Shown piece by piece: positions 12,591 through 26,984 of a stretch of DNA of 64,000 nucleotides (position 1 is the first letter of the stretch; each line of letters starts with the position of its first letter). The translations under genes were made by a program, and so were the position numbers. Source of the stretch: Octopus vulgaris (taxonomy: Eukaryota). Below the pieces are notes generated by a model. The model was not told the origin of the DNA. It was given only the letters and a program-made list of their open reading frames with translations, and did not search any database. The stretch lies in assembly GCA_951406725.2 (NCBI GenBank), contig OX597816.1, positions 154,938,001 to 155,002,000 on the forward strand, written 5' to 3'.

Positions 12591-13299
12591 TATATACCTA
12601 TATATTTATACATTACTTTATACTATATTTTTACGTATTTATTTTCTAGGTGTTGTAATGTTTTTTAAAAAATATATATTTCTTAATCGCTAAAGTATTA
12701 ACATTAACCGTGATGCACTGTATTCACACATTTTTCTCGCACTTTCTTATATGCTTGTACAGATGAGTTATGTTTCATCTTCCGTGATGTCATAAATGTA
12801 TATTCTATGATTAAATGTTCGAGATATGAAATGTTATGTGGATGACCTTGCATTTGTTTGTTCTGTAACCTTAGTTTGATATATATATATATATAATTAT
12901 ATAGATATAATTATAATTAAGGTTACTGAAAAGCAGCATCAACGTGTAAGAGATAGAAGTTAGATGACTCTAAAACTACATCATTTTACACTCCATTGAA
13001 ATCGAGAAAATGAATAAAAAATATTTATCAAAACTTATTTTAGAGGTTAAGTTTAGATCGCACGATTTTTGGTTTAGCAATATAAAAATTACTTTACCTT
13101 TGTTCGTAAAATATCCCCAAAGCGTATAAATGCACTCCGATCGTTATATTTACTGCGGTATTCTTTTGATTAAATATGTACGCGGTTGAGATGAATAATG
13201 AGATTTACCACGTATATACGTGTGACTGTATGCATATATTCGAAATATATACTCATGTATTTTTATGGGTATATATATATATATATATATATATCTATA

Positions 13300-13340
<41 letters not shown>

Positions 13341-13514
13341 CCATTGATGTGCTTTTGGTATATTCTACTGTAATTTTCATATTACTAAACCAGAAACCTT
13401 TCGATTTAGAATTGAACTCTGAAATGAATTTTGCTAATACCTTTTTTATTCATTTTCTCACATTCAACCTGCGTTAATGGAGTGTAAAATGATATGGTCT
13501 TAGAGTCATTTGAC

Positions 13515-13566
<52 letters not shown>

Positions 13567-13590
13567 ATACGTATATACACACATACATAC

Positions 13591-13634
<44 letters not shown>

Positions 13635-14307
13635 GCATGTGTGTGTGTAGGTAGGTGTTTACATATATATACATATATATGTATACACACACAGACACAC
13701 ATACACACATACACACACACACATATATATATATAAACACAAATGTGTTTGCATGTATGTGTATGAATATATAAATTTATTTGAATTGTATCCCTCCTCA
13801 AAACTAATATACACAAACACTCACGCCCACATTCGCTTCATAAGAATATTTGTAAGACTTCCTTTCTTGTTAATGCTTGTGTAGCAATGCCTAACGCTGT
13901 TAGGAAAACAATTACAGTGACAGAAGCCATACAATATTTAAGAATATGTTTAGTACATTATTAAAATATAAAACATGAAGTTGTATATATCTCAGAAAAG
14001 TTTTGTTAATGAGATTATAAATTTACGCCTTTTCAATCTCATTTTCTGTGAAGGAATTTTTCCAATTTACTTTTGGTGGTTTCAGACATTGAAGTGTGGC
14101 TTAGTTAGAGCTGTAGCTTCAAGATTTTGAATTGATATAATATAATGGATTCAAAATTGCAGATTATTTCATCTAATTTATCAAGTGGTCGAGTTACATT
14201 TTAGACACAAAAGGACAGGATTAGACTTGCCGGTTTTTACTGATAAACATACAGGCTCTGACATGGACACACACAAACTTACGGTGCACGTAAACACATA
14301 CACACAC

Positions 14308-14414
<107 letters not shown>

Positions 14415-15849
14415 CACAGGATATGTGCTTGTCTGTGTCTTTGTCATGTCATTAAAACTCGAGATCCACCCGACCGATTTTAATGAAATTTTCACCATTA
14501 GATTGCAAAGTTATCAGGAATGGTTCTAAGCTTAAAAACTTTTTTTGAAAAACTTGCGTGCGTTTGGGCAAAAATCGATGAATTTGAATATTTGCAAAAA
14601 GGAAGGCAAAAGTTGCACATGGAAAAACTTTTTACAGGAGTAACCGTTCTTCAACTTTTTTATGCAAAAAATTTGTCATGCTCCGAAGTTTATGTAGGGT
14701 GGTTAAACCTTTTCAAAACACAGCCGCATTGTACGAAAAACTCGAAATACTGACCATTTCTAGGTGACATCATTCTGTGTTTTTAACAAAGTCTTTTAAG
14801 GTAGGTTTCTCGTCTTATACTTTTCATTTTCTGTCCCCATCTATATGTCCTTTTTCACTGTCCTCTCTTCCTTCGTATTTCCTACACTAATACTATCAAC
14901 GCCTTTTTCACATATTTATATCCCCTATCCTTTCTTTCATTTGTATGCTTCATAGCTAATGCTATCAAGTTCTCTTGATAGCATTAAGTTAGCAATATCT
15001 CCATATCTTGTCACCGATATACCCTCACGCTTTAAACATTCCTTACTGTCATTGTTTTCACTTGATAATCTTTTATAAGATTATAAACTGGCACTACTTA
15101 ACTACTTTTTCATGTTCTCCTTCTTATTCAGTCCCTCCTACTTCAATAACTCTCAGGGATGGTACGTCTTTGAAGAAAGCTTTGTTCGTTTAGGTCTAAT
15201 CTGAGTATACTGAGGTTAGGGGACCTCAACAACAAGTGAGCTAACGTAAATTAACTCACAAATTATTGTACCTCCAGCGCTAACGCTATTAACAACTCTT
15301 GCTGATCCTCTTTCGCCTCGCCGTTTTATTAACTATTGTTTTTAGATATCATCCCTTCATATGCACATACTGCCAGCTTTGTATAACAAATCGGTGAATT
15401 ATAGAAATATTTTTCGAGCCTTCTTGAATTATGCAACAGCGTTTATTTATTTCGACTGTTTATTTACATTCTTCTTCCCCAAGCTGTTCTTTCCATTTCC
15501 TAATTAATTTCTGTGTTTACATTTCCATAACTGCTGTTATACAAACAGACACTCAGTCTTCGCATTTGCAAATGTTTTTGTGTCTTGTTTTTATCTTTCA
15601 AATATGCTTATTTCTAAAATCACATTTCTTTAATTTCCCCTAAATTTAATGGCTTTTTCTATTAATAATGTCTTGGAATATATTATCCACATTTGCAATG
15701 TCTTCTGTTGCCAAATGCAAGCGTTCACTGATGGCTGTAGAAATAATAGGTGAGCTACAATAAATACTGCAAGCTAATTCTAACAGACTAAAAGTGGACG
15801 AGAGGCCCATCTTGGACAGACTATTACAACATAAGTTTTAAATAGACAA

Positions 15850-16200
15850 CTGGAAACACTTGACAGGAAGATCGCGTTGAACAGACGGCTGTCAAATAGG
15901 CTACACGTAGATACAACAGTGTGAAGCAAGACAGAAAACTCATGAGTAAGATAAGCAGAGATAAGATCTCGACTATAATCACAAAGACCATGAAAGAGAG
16001 ACGTCCAGCTAAGCTGACATGTCCATGTTCTAATAAAAAATATTCCATTGGAATCATGGACCAAATTGTGGCAAGCGTGGGGCTAAGAAACGGAAACAAG
16101 AGTAATTAACAATGTTCTATACCAAAACAAACTTTATTCTACCAGCCCTTTCTGATCTGCAAAATCCCTGAAACGACTCCTAGGTGTTATTACAAAAGAA
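15850..16200 (+). mobile_element. Possible very old RLE retrotransposon C-terminal remnant
   Basis: Weak similarity across frameshifts to W..SGL..ETE and C..C...ET. Confidence 0.3.
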
Positions 16201-16257
16201 TCAAAGTATTTTTTGAAGAATAATAATTTGAGCCAGTATCACTAGAGAAGTGCTCAT

Positions 16258-16352
16258 CTCTTATCTTTCACTTATTTCAGTCATTAGACTGCAGCCATGT
16301 TGGGGTACCATGTTGAAGAATTTGCATAGAATAAATCAACCCTAGTACTTAT
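16258..16352 (-). mobile_element. SINE family A, 3' fragment
   Basis: TTTCAGTCATTAGACTGCAGCCATG..AGTACTTATT matches the family A tail. Confidence 0.7.
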
Positions 16353-17753
16353 TGTCAACATTTAAACTACTAAGACAAATCTGTCAGATGACGGCAAGTT
16401 TCCATTCCACGCCAATTCCATAAATCTTATAAGCTTTACACTAATACTATAAAATTTATCTCACATGTGTGTTTAAAATATTTACGTATTTAATTATATG
16501 CCCAATGTCAGCATAACATGCTGAGTTGTACAAGACAGTACTGTCCTGCTATTTGCTTAACTTAAACAGTTATTGCCATCAATTCTATCTATAAGCAGGA
16601 AGGTTAATTGTACAGCGATTTCCCTCAATTCTATTCATAAGCAGGAAGGTGAATTGTATTGTAGCAGCTCTCTGTTTACCCTAACAATGTTGGGGTAATC
16701 AATATTTTTATTTCTGTATGTGCAAATAGAATAACATGTATTTGCATTAGTTTGACTTTCACGGCGTTCGCGTTACAAACTGTTGGCTAACTATATCAAA
16801 TTTATATTATACACACATGCACTAATACTCTCTCCCTCTCTTTCTGTCACACACACACATACGCGCGCGCGCGCACAAACACACACATGCGCATGCACAC
16901 ACATGCACATATCGAAGATGGTAAAGAGAATTTTATTAATTGTAGTTAGTGGGCGAAATTAAAGCTATAACATTTTCATAGAGTTATGAAAACACAAATA
17001 TCTTATTTTATTGCCATGAAATAACAAATGACAAATCCATCTTTTAGCTATATAGATTGAATAGAAAAAAGATTCCCGGGTGAAATTCATCGAGAGCAAA
17101 ATTATTTTACGTACAAACAACTAAGAAAGTAAGCATCAACTAAAAAAAAAAGAAGTGGGGCTAATGGTTGCAATTTTATTCCCGAAAATGTGAATTTTGA
17201 ACAGATATGTCTAAAAGAAGAATGACACCAAGTGTTACAACAAACCGCACAGTTGTTGCTATAATGTTACTTCGCAATAAGGCTGACTCTCCATATCTTA
17301 ATGTTAGTGGTTATAGTATCAGTCACATTAATATGTCTATGTTGAGTTAGAAGAAGGAAGAATATAATATTTGAAATATATTCTTAATGAAATTGGTTCA
17401 GGAAAAAATTATTTTATTTTAAAACATTCCACTACAAGACTAATCACATTTGACTAGTATTGATAAATGACCCACTGATTGGGTTTGACAGTGATTAACG
17501 ATATTGAGCGTAAATATTTACGACAGAATAATGTCCTCTAATTTAGTCAATTCAGCTGAAAAAGTAAACAAAGGCCAAACTATCTATAGATGTTATAGTG
17601 GTTTGGAAAACAGAAAAAAGAATATCTCTGATCTACGAAATACTACCAGTCATATAGCGATATTATCGCGGCCAAACAAACAAATAACGACGCTTTTCAG
17701 TGAGATGTAAAATAAAAACAATATTTGGAAATATGTGTAAATTGGTCACTCTA

Positions 17754-18963
17754 CGAGGGACGTTCAATAAGTAATGCCCCTGACCCACTTGCAGTTGATT
17801 GATCTTGCTGAAATTTTGCATGTTCAATTATTCATATCTCTATAGATTACATGGCGAATTACAGCTCTGAACTGATTGTGGTTTCTGATTTCCAGGTGTT
17901 TGAACTTAGTCAAGTGTGAAATGGAACCTTTAGAGTGTCGAGCAGTGAGCCGGTTTTTGTATTTGAAAGGACGCACACCATGGGAGACTTTTGATGAAAT
18001 GAAAGTAACTTATGGTGATGATGCCCCATCATATGCTCTCGTAAAACGCTGGCATCGTAAATTCAAACATGGTCGGAACTCTGTGGAAACAGCTCCCAGA
18101 TCTGGTCGCCCCCTTCTGCCATTTTGGAAGATTGGCGCATAACTATTCGCCAAATAGCCCATTAGGTCAAGATTAGTACCGGGTCTGTGGAAACTATCAT
18201 TCATGACCCTTTGCATATGCAAAGGTTGTCTTCTAGATGGATTCCCAGGTTGTTCACACCTTTTCAGAAGCAAGAATGCGTCGAGTGCTCGAGGATGAAT
18301 TTGGAGATGTGCCAAGAAGATGAGTCAAAGTTTTTGATCCAGAGACCAAAGCCCAGTCAATGCAAGGGAAGCACCGTGACTCACCTCCTCCAAAGAAGGC
18401 AAGGGTGCAGCCCTCCGCTGGCAAGGACATACTCACAGTCTTCTGGGACCAGGATGGAGTAGTGATGACAGATTTCCTGGCAAAGTGTACCACAATGACA
18501 GGAGCCTATTATGCTTCATTTTTGAGGAAAAAGAGAAGTTATCAAAATCAAGAGGCTGGGCAAGATCAGCAAAGGTATCCTCCTCCTGCAGGACAACGCT
18601 CTGGTCCATAACTCGCGTGTCGCCAGATCAGAAGCACAGGCGTGCGGCTATGAACTCCTCCCCCATCCCCCTACTCTCTTGACCTTGCACCCTCTGATTT
18701 TCACCTCTTCCCAGCCATGAAGTTGTTTTTGAAAGGAAAACGTTTCCCAGGTGATGCAGCCTTGATTTCTGAAGTCACGTCGTGGCTGGAGGACCAAGCT
18801 GTGGTCTTCTACAAAAACGGTCTTCAGAGTTGCATCAAACGATGGGAGAAATGCGTAACTCTGGGTGCTTCATATGTAGGAAAAGACTAATAACTGTGCC
18901 AAGTTTCGTTCCTCTACTGCTATGGGAAGTGGGTCAGGGGCATTACTTATTGAACGCCCCTCG
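17754..18963 (+). mobile_element. Full-length mariner (Tc1/mariner) DNA transposon, 1210 bp
   Basis: 37-bp TIRs CGAGGG(A/G)CGTTCAATAAGTAATGCCCCTGACCCACTT with one mismatch; TA target duplication at 17752-53 and 18964-65. Confidence 0.96.
17921..18890 (+). pseudogene. Mariner transposase pseudogene
   Basis: MEPLECRAV..FLYLKG HTH, PRSGRP, WIPRL (WVPHEL-like), LLQDNA, PHPPYSLDLAPSDFHLF. Frameshifted, and the first catalytic Asp (TGDE) segment is deleted near 18330. Confidence 0.92.
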
Positions 18964-20161
18964 TAGAACTGGGCCTAAACATTTCCAAACACCGAGCGTC
19001 GACATGCATCCGTGGATCAATTATATATACAGGAGGCAAATAACATCATAAGAGTTGGAAAGTAACTGCTTAAAAAACGTTCATTGACTGATGAACAGGG
19101 ATACACATCCAGGGAAGTTACACAATCCTACCACAACAGAAAATCTTTGCTTATAAAAATCTCATATATCGTCTTGTTGCCAGAATGCTTCAAATTGACA
19201 GTAATATACATAACCTAAATTATCTTGGACCAAAAGCTGGAATATTTGTTCTTATTTTAAATGATATGATTTCGAAATCTAAGAACCGAAAATAATGTTA
19301 ACATGCTTGATGCGCTCCCCACCACAAAAAAAAAGACAGGTAAACCTTCGAAATAGGAAAACTAATGCAGTTTGTAAAATTAGCACTGAAAATATCTTCC
19401 ATCCACGACATAAGCAGCTGTCCGAAACATGTTATTACGATACTATCTACCTACGATGCATGATGCCACGACCCAAACCTTTTACAATATTTTCTTGATT
19501 TTTCTCGCGGAACGGTAGTCTTGAACATCAAACTGTAAGACGTGACAGTCGTGTGGAAGACACGATAAGAAGGAATACTGGTGGCATATTTCTTACGAAA
19601 TCTTTTCTTTTAATGTGAGTAAAATAGAGAAGAAATAATTGTCTAGAGAGAGAAAAGAAAATGAGCACTCAATAGTGAATATCATTGTGTTTAGTATAAG
19701 GGGAAAAGACGTCTCTGCCAAACAAATAAAGAAGAGCAGTTAACCTGGGCCCAACTATAAATTTAGATTTATAGAAACTAAATTGGGAAGCTGAGATAAA
19801 CTAAACCAGAAAGAATACACTAGTTAATTATAACATTACATATACGAACCATTAATGAAACTAAAAAGTTGATTATCATTCTAAAATTTAGTCCATAACT
19901 TTTATTCCATAATAAATATATTTACACGTTCAGATAAAGAAATATTTCTAAATATCAGCATACAAAAGACATAACTTAGAAAACTAAACCACTCATGAAA
20001 TAGCAGTCAAGCATGGAAACGCATACATTCTAATGAATATACATAATCACATGCATCACTTCCTAATTGATGTCTAAGCTCCAATGAAAATATCTTGTTT
20101 TTGGATAAGAAAACGGCTTATTTACATTATTTACATTACAACCACTGCGCCATATGCCTGT

Positions 20162-20232
20162 GGGCATATGGCGCAGTGGTTAAGAGCGCGGGCTACTAAC
20201 CCCAAGATTCCGAGTTCTATTCCAGACAGTGA

Positions 20233-20267
<35 letters not shown>

Positions 20268-20412
20268 TCGAAAAATAACTTAGAAATGAGAACCCAGGTT
20301 CGAAATTTCCCCAAGACACCTCATAAAGGTATATCAGCCGAAACTTTGTGTTAGCAACAAAAAAGATGAGGACAGATACTGGACAAATGTAAATAATATA
20401 CATAATTCCTCA
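20162..20412 (+). mobile_element. Short element with a tRNA-like head, (AAT)n spacer and Penelope-pLTR/hammerhead-like tail
   Basis: A box TGGCGCAGTGG (20169), B-box-like GAGTTCTATTCC (20212), anticodon-like loop CTACTAA; tail GACAC-CTCATAA-AGG..CC-GAAA-CTTT-GTGTT; a 19-bp inverted copy of the head lies immediately upstream. Confidence 0.6.
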
Positions 20413-21131
20413 TCTCTTAAATATAAAACTGAAGAAAACAGCTGTTTTCTATATTGGTGGAACGGTTTGAGGACTATATCAGAAGAGATACCTACCTACA
20501 AGCCTGCCTGCCTACACACCTACCTACCTACACTTACATACACACACATACGCACACGTACACACACGTAACACATGCATGCATAATACATACATACACG
20601 CACACACATACATGCACATTCACACATATCAATATGCACGTACATACATATGAGCATATACATACATACATTTATACATTCACACTAGCAAGTTTCACTT
20701 GTAGCCTGAAGAGTAACAGAAGATAGATTGTTTTCTTACGTCAAGATTTTAATTATTTCCTCGACTCTTTTTCGAACATGATGATCGGAATTAGTTACAG
20801 TAGTATTTCGGGAATTGAGGAAGGAAAAAAAAAACGCTCTCCCTCGTGCCATATCTGCAAATTAATCCTTTCAACATAGAAGAAAAGTGAGAAATTGAAA
20901 AAGCAACAACATATAAAAATATGCCAGTTGCAACAGCAACAATATAACAAGCTGAAAGCGAATAGTAGAAATTATGAGCAAGAAACAAGACGATAAATAT
21001 GGATCATTTTTTCTGTGTTACATATTAAATAAATTCTATCAAAATGACTAAATAAAAGTTAGAACACATAGAGCAGCAGCAACGGCAACAATAACTAGAA
21101 TTACAATCTGAAGAGCAAAAATAAAGCAAAG

Positions 21132-22128
21132 ACTAGTAAAATGAGTACAACATTGCGTGGGGGCTTGACAACCTGCGAGTATATTCATCTGAGCTCCACT
21201 CAGCAGTACATTTAGCTAAACTCCGCATAGCCAGTAAAACCAGAATTGGTTCGTATCACAGATATAAGATGGATCTACCTCTGAAAAAGACACTTGTGAA
21301 TCGCAGAAAAATATTTTTACAAGATTTGTTTTCTTGTGTCGCTAGATAAAAAACATAATTTTAAATTTCGAATAAAAGACAAAACCCCGAATCTCTGTTT
21401 GCAAGAGAAATCATCGGTCTTCTAATTTGCATTGTATTCAATTGTTTTGTTTTTATATCACGAAATGCTTTATTTTAACTACCCCCACCTTTTTCTCATC
21501 TCATGTACTTTACAGTTAGTCGTCTGCATTCTGTAAAAATCTGATAAAATAAAGCAAAATAAAACCTGATCAATGGATGTTTCCATATATCTGTTTGTAT
21601 TTTATATTCCTCGGTGAGTTGTATTTTAAATAGATAAAAATGTAACAATTTTAAGACAGAGTGTACTAAAAGAAAGCAGTAAAATAACTATGTTTATGAT
21701 AACTGTAATTTGATTTTATAAGATTTTTACCGACTACAGGCGAGTAACTGTAAAGTACATGACATGAGAAAAAGGTGGAGGTGGTTAAAATAAAGCATTT
21801 CGTGATATAAAAACAAAAAATTGAATACAATGCAAATTAGAAGACCGATGATTTCTCTTGCAAACAGAGATTCGGGGTTTTGTCTTTTATTCGAGAATTA
21901 AAAATTGTTTTTATCTACCGACACAAGAAAACAAGTCTTGTAAAAATATTTCTCTGCGATTCACAAGTGTCTTTTTCAGAGGTAGTTCTATCTTGTATCT
22001 GTGATACGAACCAATTCTGGTTTTACTGGCTATGTGGAATTCAGCTAAATGTACTGCTGAGTGGAGTTCAGATGAATATACCCGTAGGTTGTCAAACCCC
22101 TACGCAATGTTGTACTCATTTTATTAGT
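21132..22128. repeat. Large inverted repeat: arms of about 420 bp (21132-21550 / 21713-22128) with a loop of about 160 bp
   Basis: Hand alignment gives about 90% identity between arms, with a perfect core of about 75 bp. Confidence 0.95.
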
Positions 22129-22210
22129 TTCATTAAAATGGTGAAGAATACCATCAAGCAGTAAATAAATACTGTGAACGTTTGTTTCATCAGTTCGAAT
22201 AAAGATAATG

Positions 22211-22790
22211 TGAGCTGGCAGAAACGTTAGCACGCCGGGCGAAATATTTAGCGGTATTTCGTCTGCCGTTACGTTCTGAGTTCAAATTCCGCCGAGGTCG
22301 ACTTTGCCTTCATCCTTTCGGGGTCGATAAATTAAGTGCCAGTTACGCACTGGGGTCGATGTAATCGACCTAATCCGTTTGTCTGTCCTTGTTTGTTCTC
22401 TCTGTGTTTAGCCTCTTGTGGGTGGTAAAGAAATAGGTATTTCGTCTGCCGCTATGTTCTGAGTACAAATTCTGCCAAGGTCGACTTTGCCTTTTATCCT
22501 TTTGGGTCGATAAAGCAAGTACCAGTTGCGTACTGAGGTCGATCTAATTGACTTAATCCGTTTGTTTGTCCTTGTTTGTCCTCTCTGTGTTTAGCCTCTT
22601 GTGGGTGGTAAAGAAATAGGTATTTCGTCTGCCGCTATGTTCTGAGTTCAAATTCCGGCAAGGTCGACTTTGCCTTTCATCCTTTCGGTGTCGATAAATC
22701 GGGTACCAGTTGCGTACTGGGGTCGATCTAATCGACTGACCCCCTCCCCCAAAATTTCGGGCCTTGTGCCTAGAGTAGAAAAGGATTATA
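22211..22790 (+). mobile_element. SINE family B with a triplicated body (period about 183 bp)
   Basis: GGTATTTCGTCTGCCG..GTCGACTTTGCCTT..GTACCAGTT recurs near 22253, 22436 and 22619. Confidence 0.9.
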
Positions 22791-22907
22791 AAATGAGTCT
22801 GTTTGCAGAACTAATTTCTTATTCTGTCAGGGAAAAGATGAGTAGCAGCAAATTTTTGCGCTTTAAACAAGCTTACTCACGCGCGCGCATACACACACAT
22901 GCACGCA

Positions 22908-22982
<75 letters not shown>

Positions 22983-23556
22983 TCAGTAGGCACCGATAAA
23001 ACTTAATGGAAACCGAAGTAGAATGTTAGCTATCATGAATAAGTGAAATAAAAAGGTTAGTGTATGCCAGACTTTCTGCGAATTCCAAATTCGCAGCATT
23101 TAATAAAAGGTAAATGTTTAGTTAAGAATATGTCCTTTCCTAGAAGTGTGGTAGATACGAATATCTAATAGTAATGTTATGTATTACTAGCATGATTTGC
23201 TTAAATAAAAAAAAAAAATTATAGTTCTTCAAGTGCACAGGAACTCCCCGGAAAAGAAATTGCCCAACGTTAATGGATATGCATTTGAAGAATTTAGTTA
23301 CATTATGTAATATCTTTATAATGGAAATGTAGTCTCATAAGCGCCATCTTAGTGAACAAGGAAAGAGAATTCAGTGCCATTTGTCCTCTTCTCAAAACAG
23401 GTTCCAGCAAGAAATCTGGGTACGTTCAAATATCATTTAAAACATATTGAAAAGTTCCATAACATCTTTTCTGCTTCTGCTTGCACAAATCTTTGCTTCA
23501 TAATGCACATATATACAAGCGCACGTAGCCATACATGCGCATCCACACACACACAC

Positions 23557-23603
<47 letters not shown>

Positions 23604-23877
23604 TGCACACAAACACGAACATATATCTATATATGCTTGCATTCAAACATGTATCCAGGCATCCAGCTATTCATCCAATGGCTGTATGGATGGATGCATA
23701 TTTGAATACAAGCATAGATATATGTACGCGCAGGTGTATGAATGAAACCACCTACCTACCTACGTACCTACCTACCTACCTACCGACCTACCCAACTACC
23801 TGCGCACCACATTATCTACCTCCTTACTTACATACATACATGCATACATAAATACATAATATCTATCTATTTGTATG

Positions 23878-23954
<77 letters not shown>

Positions 23955-24409
23955 AGTAAAAGAAAAGGGGAAAAACAAGGCAGGACGAGTATCTCAGGTC
24001 TTTTAGAATATTTGATTAGAGTAAGGTGAATAAAAAAAGAAGTAGAAGGAATTGATGTCTTACACCTGTTATGGAATATCTCAAGTAATGGGTCAATATC
24101 TCCATACACTGGAATTCACAGTATATAGAAGACTAGCTTAAAAGCCGTTCCATCGAGGGCCCTTCATTGGGCCTTGAGCTCAATAATGACACTTCATGCA
24201 TTGAGTACATATTACATTTTATTGAACTTGACCAATATTTTTTAAGCAATGATCAATTCTCATCAAAACAATGATATAATATGTCGACTTGGAACTTATT
24301 GCAAAGCTTCATGATAAACAACATTTTTTGTCTTCCATTCAGGGCTCAGTACAATTTTTTTTTTCTGTCTAACCTCTTTCTTTCTCTCGCTCTCTCTTTC
24401 TGTTGATTG

Positions 24410-24700
24410 ATTTCAACCATCATCATCACCGGTACCACCATCATCGCCACCTCAACTGCCATACACATACTATTCAGACTTCTGACACCACCACATCCAC
24501 ACCTTTGACTTCGCTGCCTTCCCCTTCACCACCATCACCCTTGTCTTTTACATCCCTTACTATCACTGTCATGCTTACCGCCTCAGCTACCACTATCACC
24601 ACCACCATCATCACCTCCGCCTCTATCACAACTACAGCTCATACTATTACTATCACCCCATTATCAACTATCAATCTACTACCGCCCTCACTATGCCTAT
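24410..24700. repeat. Low-complexity (CAC/CAT)-rich tract
   Basis: Degenerate CCA/TCA repeats. Confidence 0.7.
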
Positions 24701-26589
24701 TACTTTCACCCCCAGCAAGAGGAGTAGAAGAAGTGTCGTTGAATAGTGAGAGAGGGGGTCAAAGTGTGACGCACTGACACAGAAATTCGTTTTGGCACTT
24801 ATTATTATAGAAGAATAAAAACAAGAATAAAATTCACAGTTCATCTGGTTTCGAAGAGTATGGAAGTTTATCCGTATGGCCAGGCAATATTTTGAGTGAT
24901 ACATTCAGATTGAAGGAATAGATCAAGTAGCTAGCGCGTAAGAAAAATGATCCACATTGGTATATAATATAAGAGAGACAGTTAGATAGACCAAGGCACC
25001 ATGATAGATAGGTTCATCAGAGAGAAAGCCATTAACATATAGATGCCTGTTTCCATAATAACAAGCCAAGCTGTTACGAAGCTGCTTACCTACGTGTTCA
25101 TTTTTTGCTTATTGAATGCTTAAAAAACATGAGGTATAAGGTGGTCGTGTGATGTGCTAAGAGCAATAGCTAAAGAGACCTTAAATAGAGGCAGATTTTT
25201 TTCTTCTGGCTTTTGCATAATCGTATGAATTCTCGTGTGTAGAATACAAATTTGCAAAAGTCTTCTGAAAATTCCAAAAGATTGAAAAAGTTATGAAGGG
25301 TTATATGGCGTGCGTAAAGCAGAATTCCGCCAATACTTCATTTGTTTACAGTTTACAAGACGTGCTGTCACGCACAAAATGACAGCTTCCAAATCCTGTT
25401 TCTGACTGGATAGAAATTATCAAACTTTAAGCCTCTAATTTTTTAATATTTTTTTCTGCAAAAAGTGAATTAGCCCTTGAGATTCAGCTTGGAAAATTAC
25501 ACCAATACGCCAAATTTTAAAATTTTCACTGTTGCAGCCAAACAGATTTAACATTCAACATCTGTTTAGGTCGATGTTAAACCTCTGCCACTCGGTTTCG
25601 TTTTTAGTTAAAACCATCTACAGATGCAGAAATTGCTGGTAGGGTTCACAACGTTTTAGATTTTACCTTGTAACACGCTTCATGTAATAAATTTCATTAT
25701 AAAAAAATATTTTTATCTATTTCTAAACACCTTTGGCATTTTCCATTACATATCAGAGAAATAAACCATTGATAGTAATGTTACTAGATTAGCTCCAGTT
25801 CTCCGTAGTGTAGTTGTTTAAACCAATGCTGTCTGTTGTAGATTCTTGCATGGTAGATTCACATTTGAGACGGATATCATTACGATTTTGTCTAATTTGT
25901 TATTTCAGATCACTAGAATAGCTAGTTATTTAACATCGTATATTTAATGAATAGTCTCCTATGAGAACTCTCTCCAAATATGTACACGTATGTATGCTTA
26001 CACGTATCAAATTTTCTATAGGCCTACTCATTTAAGCACATCTATGTTAGTGTTTAAGTATCTATCATTGCATATATATCAACACAAGAACTCATGAACA
26101 TATACAAATGTTGTACAACTCTACTAACATAAAACTCGTACCATACAAACTTGTATCTTGTGAACAGAGATCAGAAATTCCTCTCTCCTATGTGTAAACT
26201 GTCATCATATCCTTACCCTAGTAATGTAAAAGGAACAATCAATAATATTTTATCATCTTGCCAACAGGAATCAGGTTTGTAATGAACCAGCTAGTTCAAC
26301 TAGATTTAATTTAGATATAGTAATGTTTTTCTGTCATGTAAAATCTCTTTGAAGTTATAGCTTGTAAAGATATGTAAATGTAAGCTGTTTTTAGTTTCTT
26401 TCTATTCCACATGGAATAAGTTTGAATTTGAAGAAGTGTGAATTACATTTTCCCACAAAATCACTGAAGAATTTGGTTTAGTGAGAAACAAAGGAAATAT
26501 AAATAAATTTAATATAAAACCTACCAACAAATTCTTTTTAATATCCTTACAACGCATATACGTACTTAATATGCGGTAAGAATAGGTAT

Positions 26590-26910
26590 ATATGTATGTT
26601 TATATACATACATAAATATATATATATATGCGTGTATATATATATATATACACATAAATATATATATATATATGTAAATATGAATATATATACACACATA
26701 TATAAATATATATATATACATACATATATATATACAGATATATATACATATATACATATCTACATATATATATACATATATACATATATACATATATATA
26801 TACAGATATATATACATATATACATACACACATATATATATATAAATACATAAATACATACATACATATATATATATATACATAAATACATACATACATA
26901 TATATATATA

Positions 26911-26982
<72 letters not shown>
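26590..26982. repeat. Compound (TA)n/(TACA)n microsatellite
   Basis: Direct reading. Confidence 0.95.

Positions 26983-26984
<2 letters not shown>

Noticed and set aside
20162-20234. Functional tRNA gene
   Set aside because: Acceptor and T stems pair poorly, the B box is mutated, there is no oligo-T terminator, and it is embedded in a repeat-like element
24403-24777. His/Thr/Ser-rich 124-aa ORF
   Set aside because: Low-complexity CAC/CAT repeat with a non-ATG start and no domain signal
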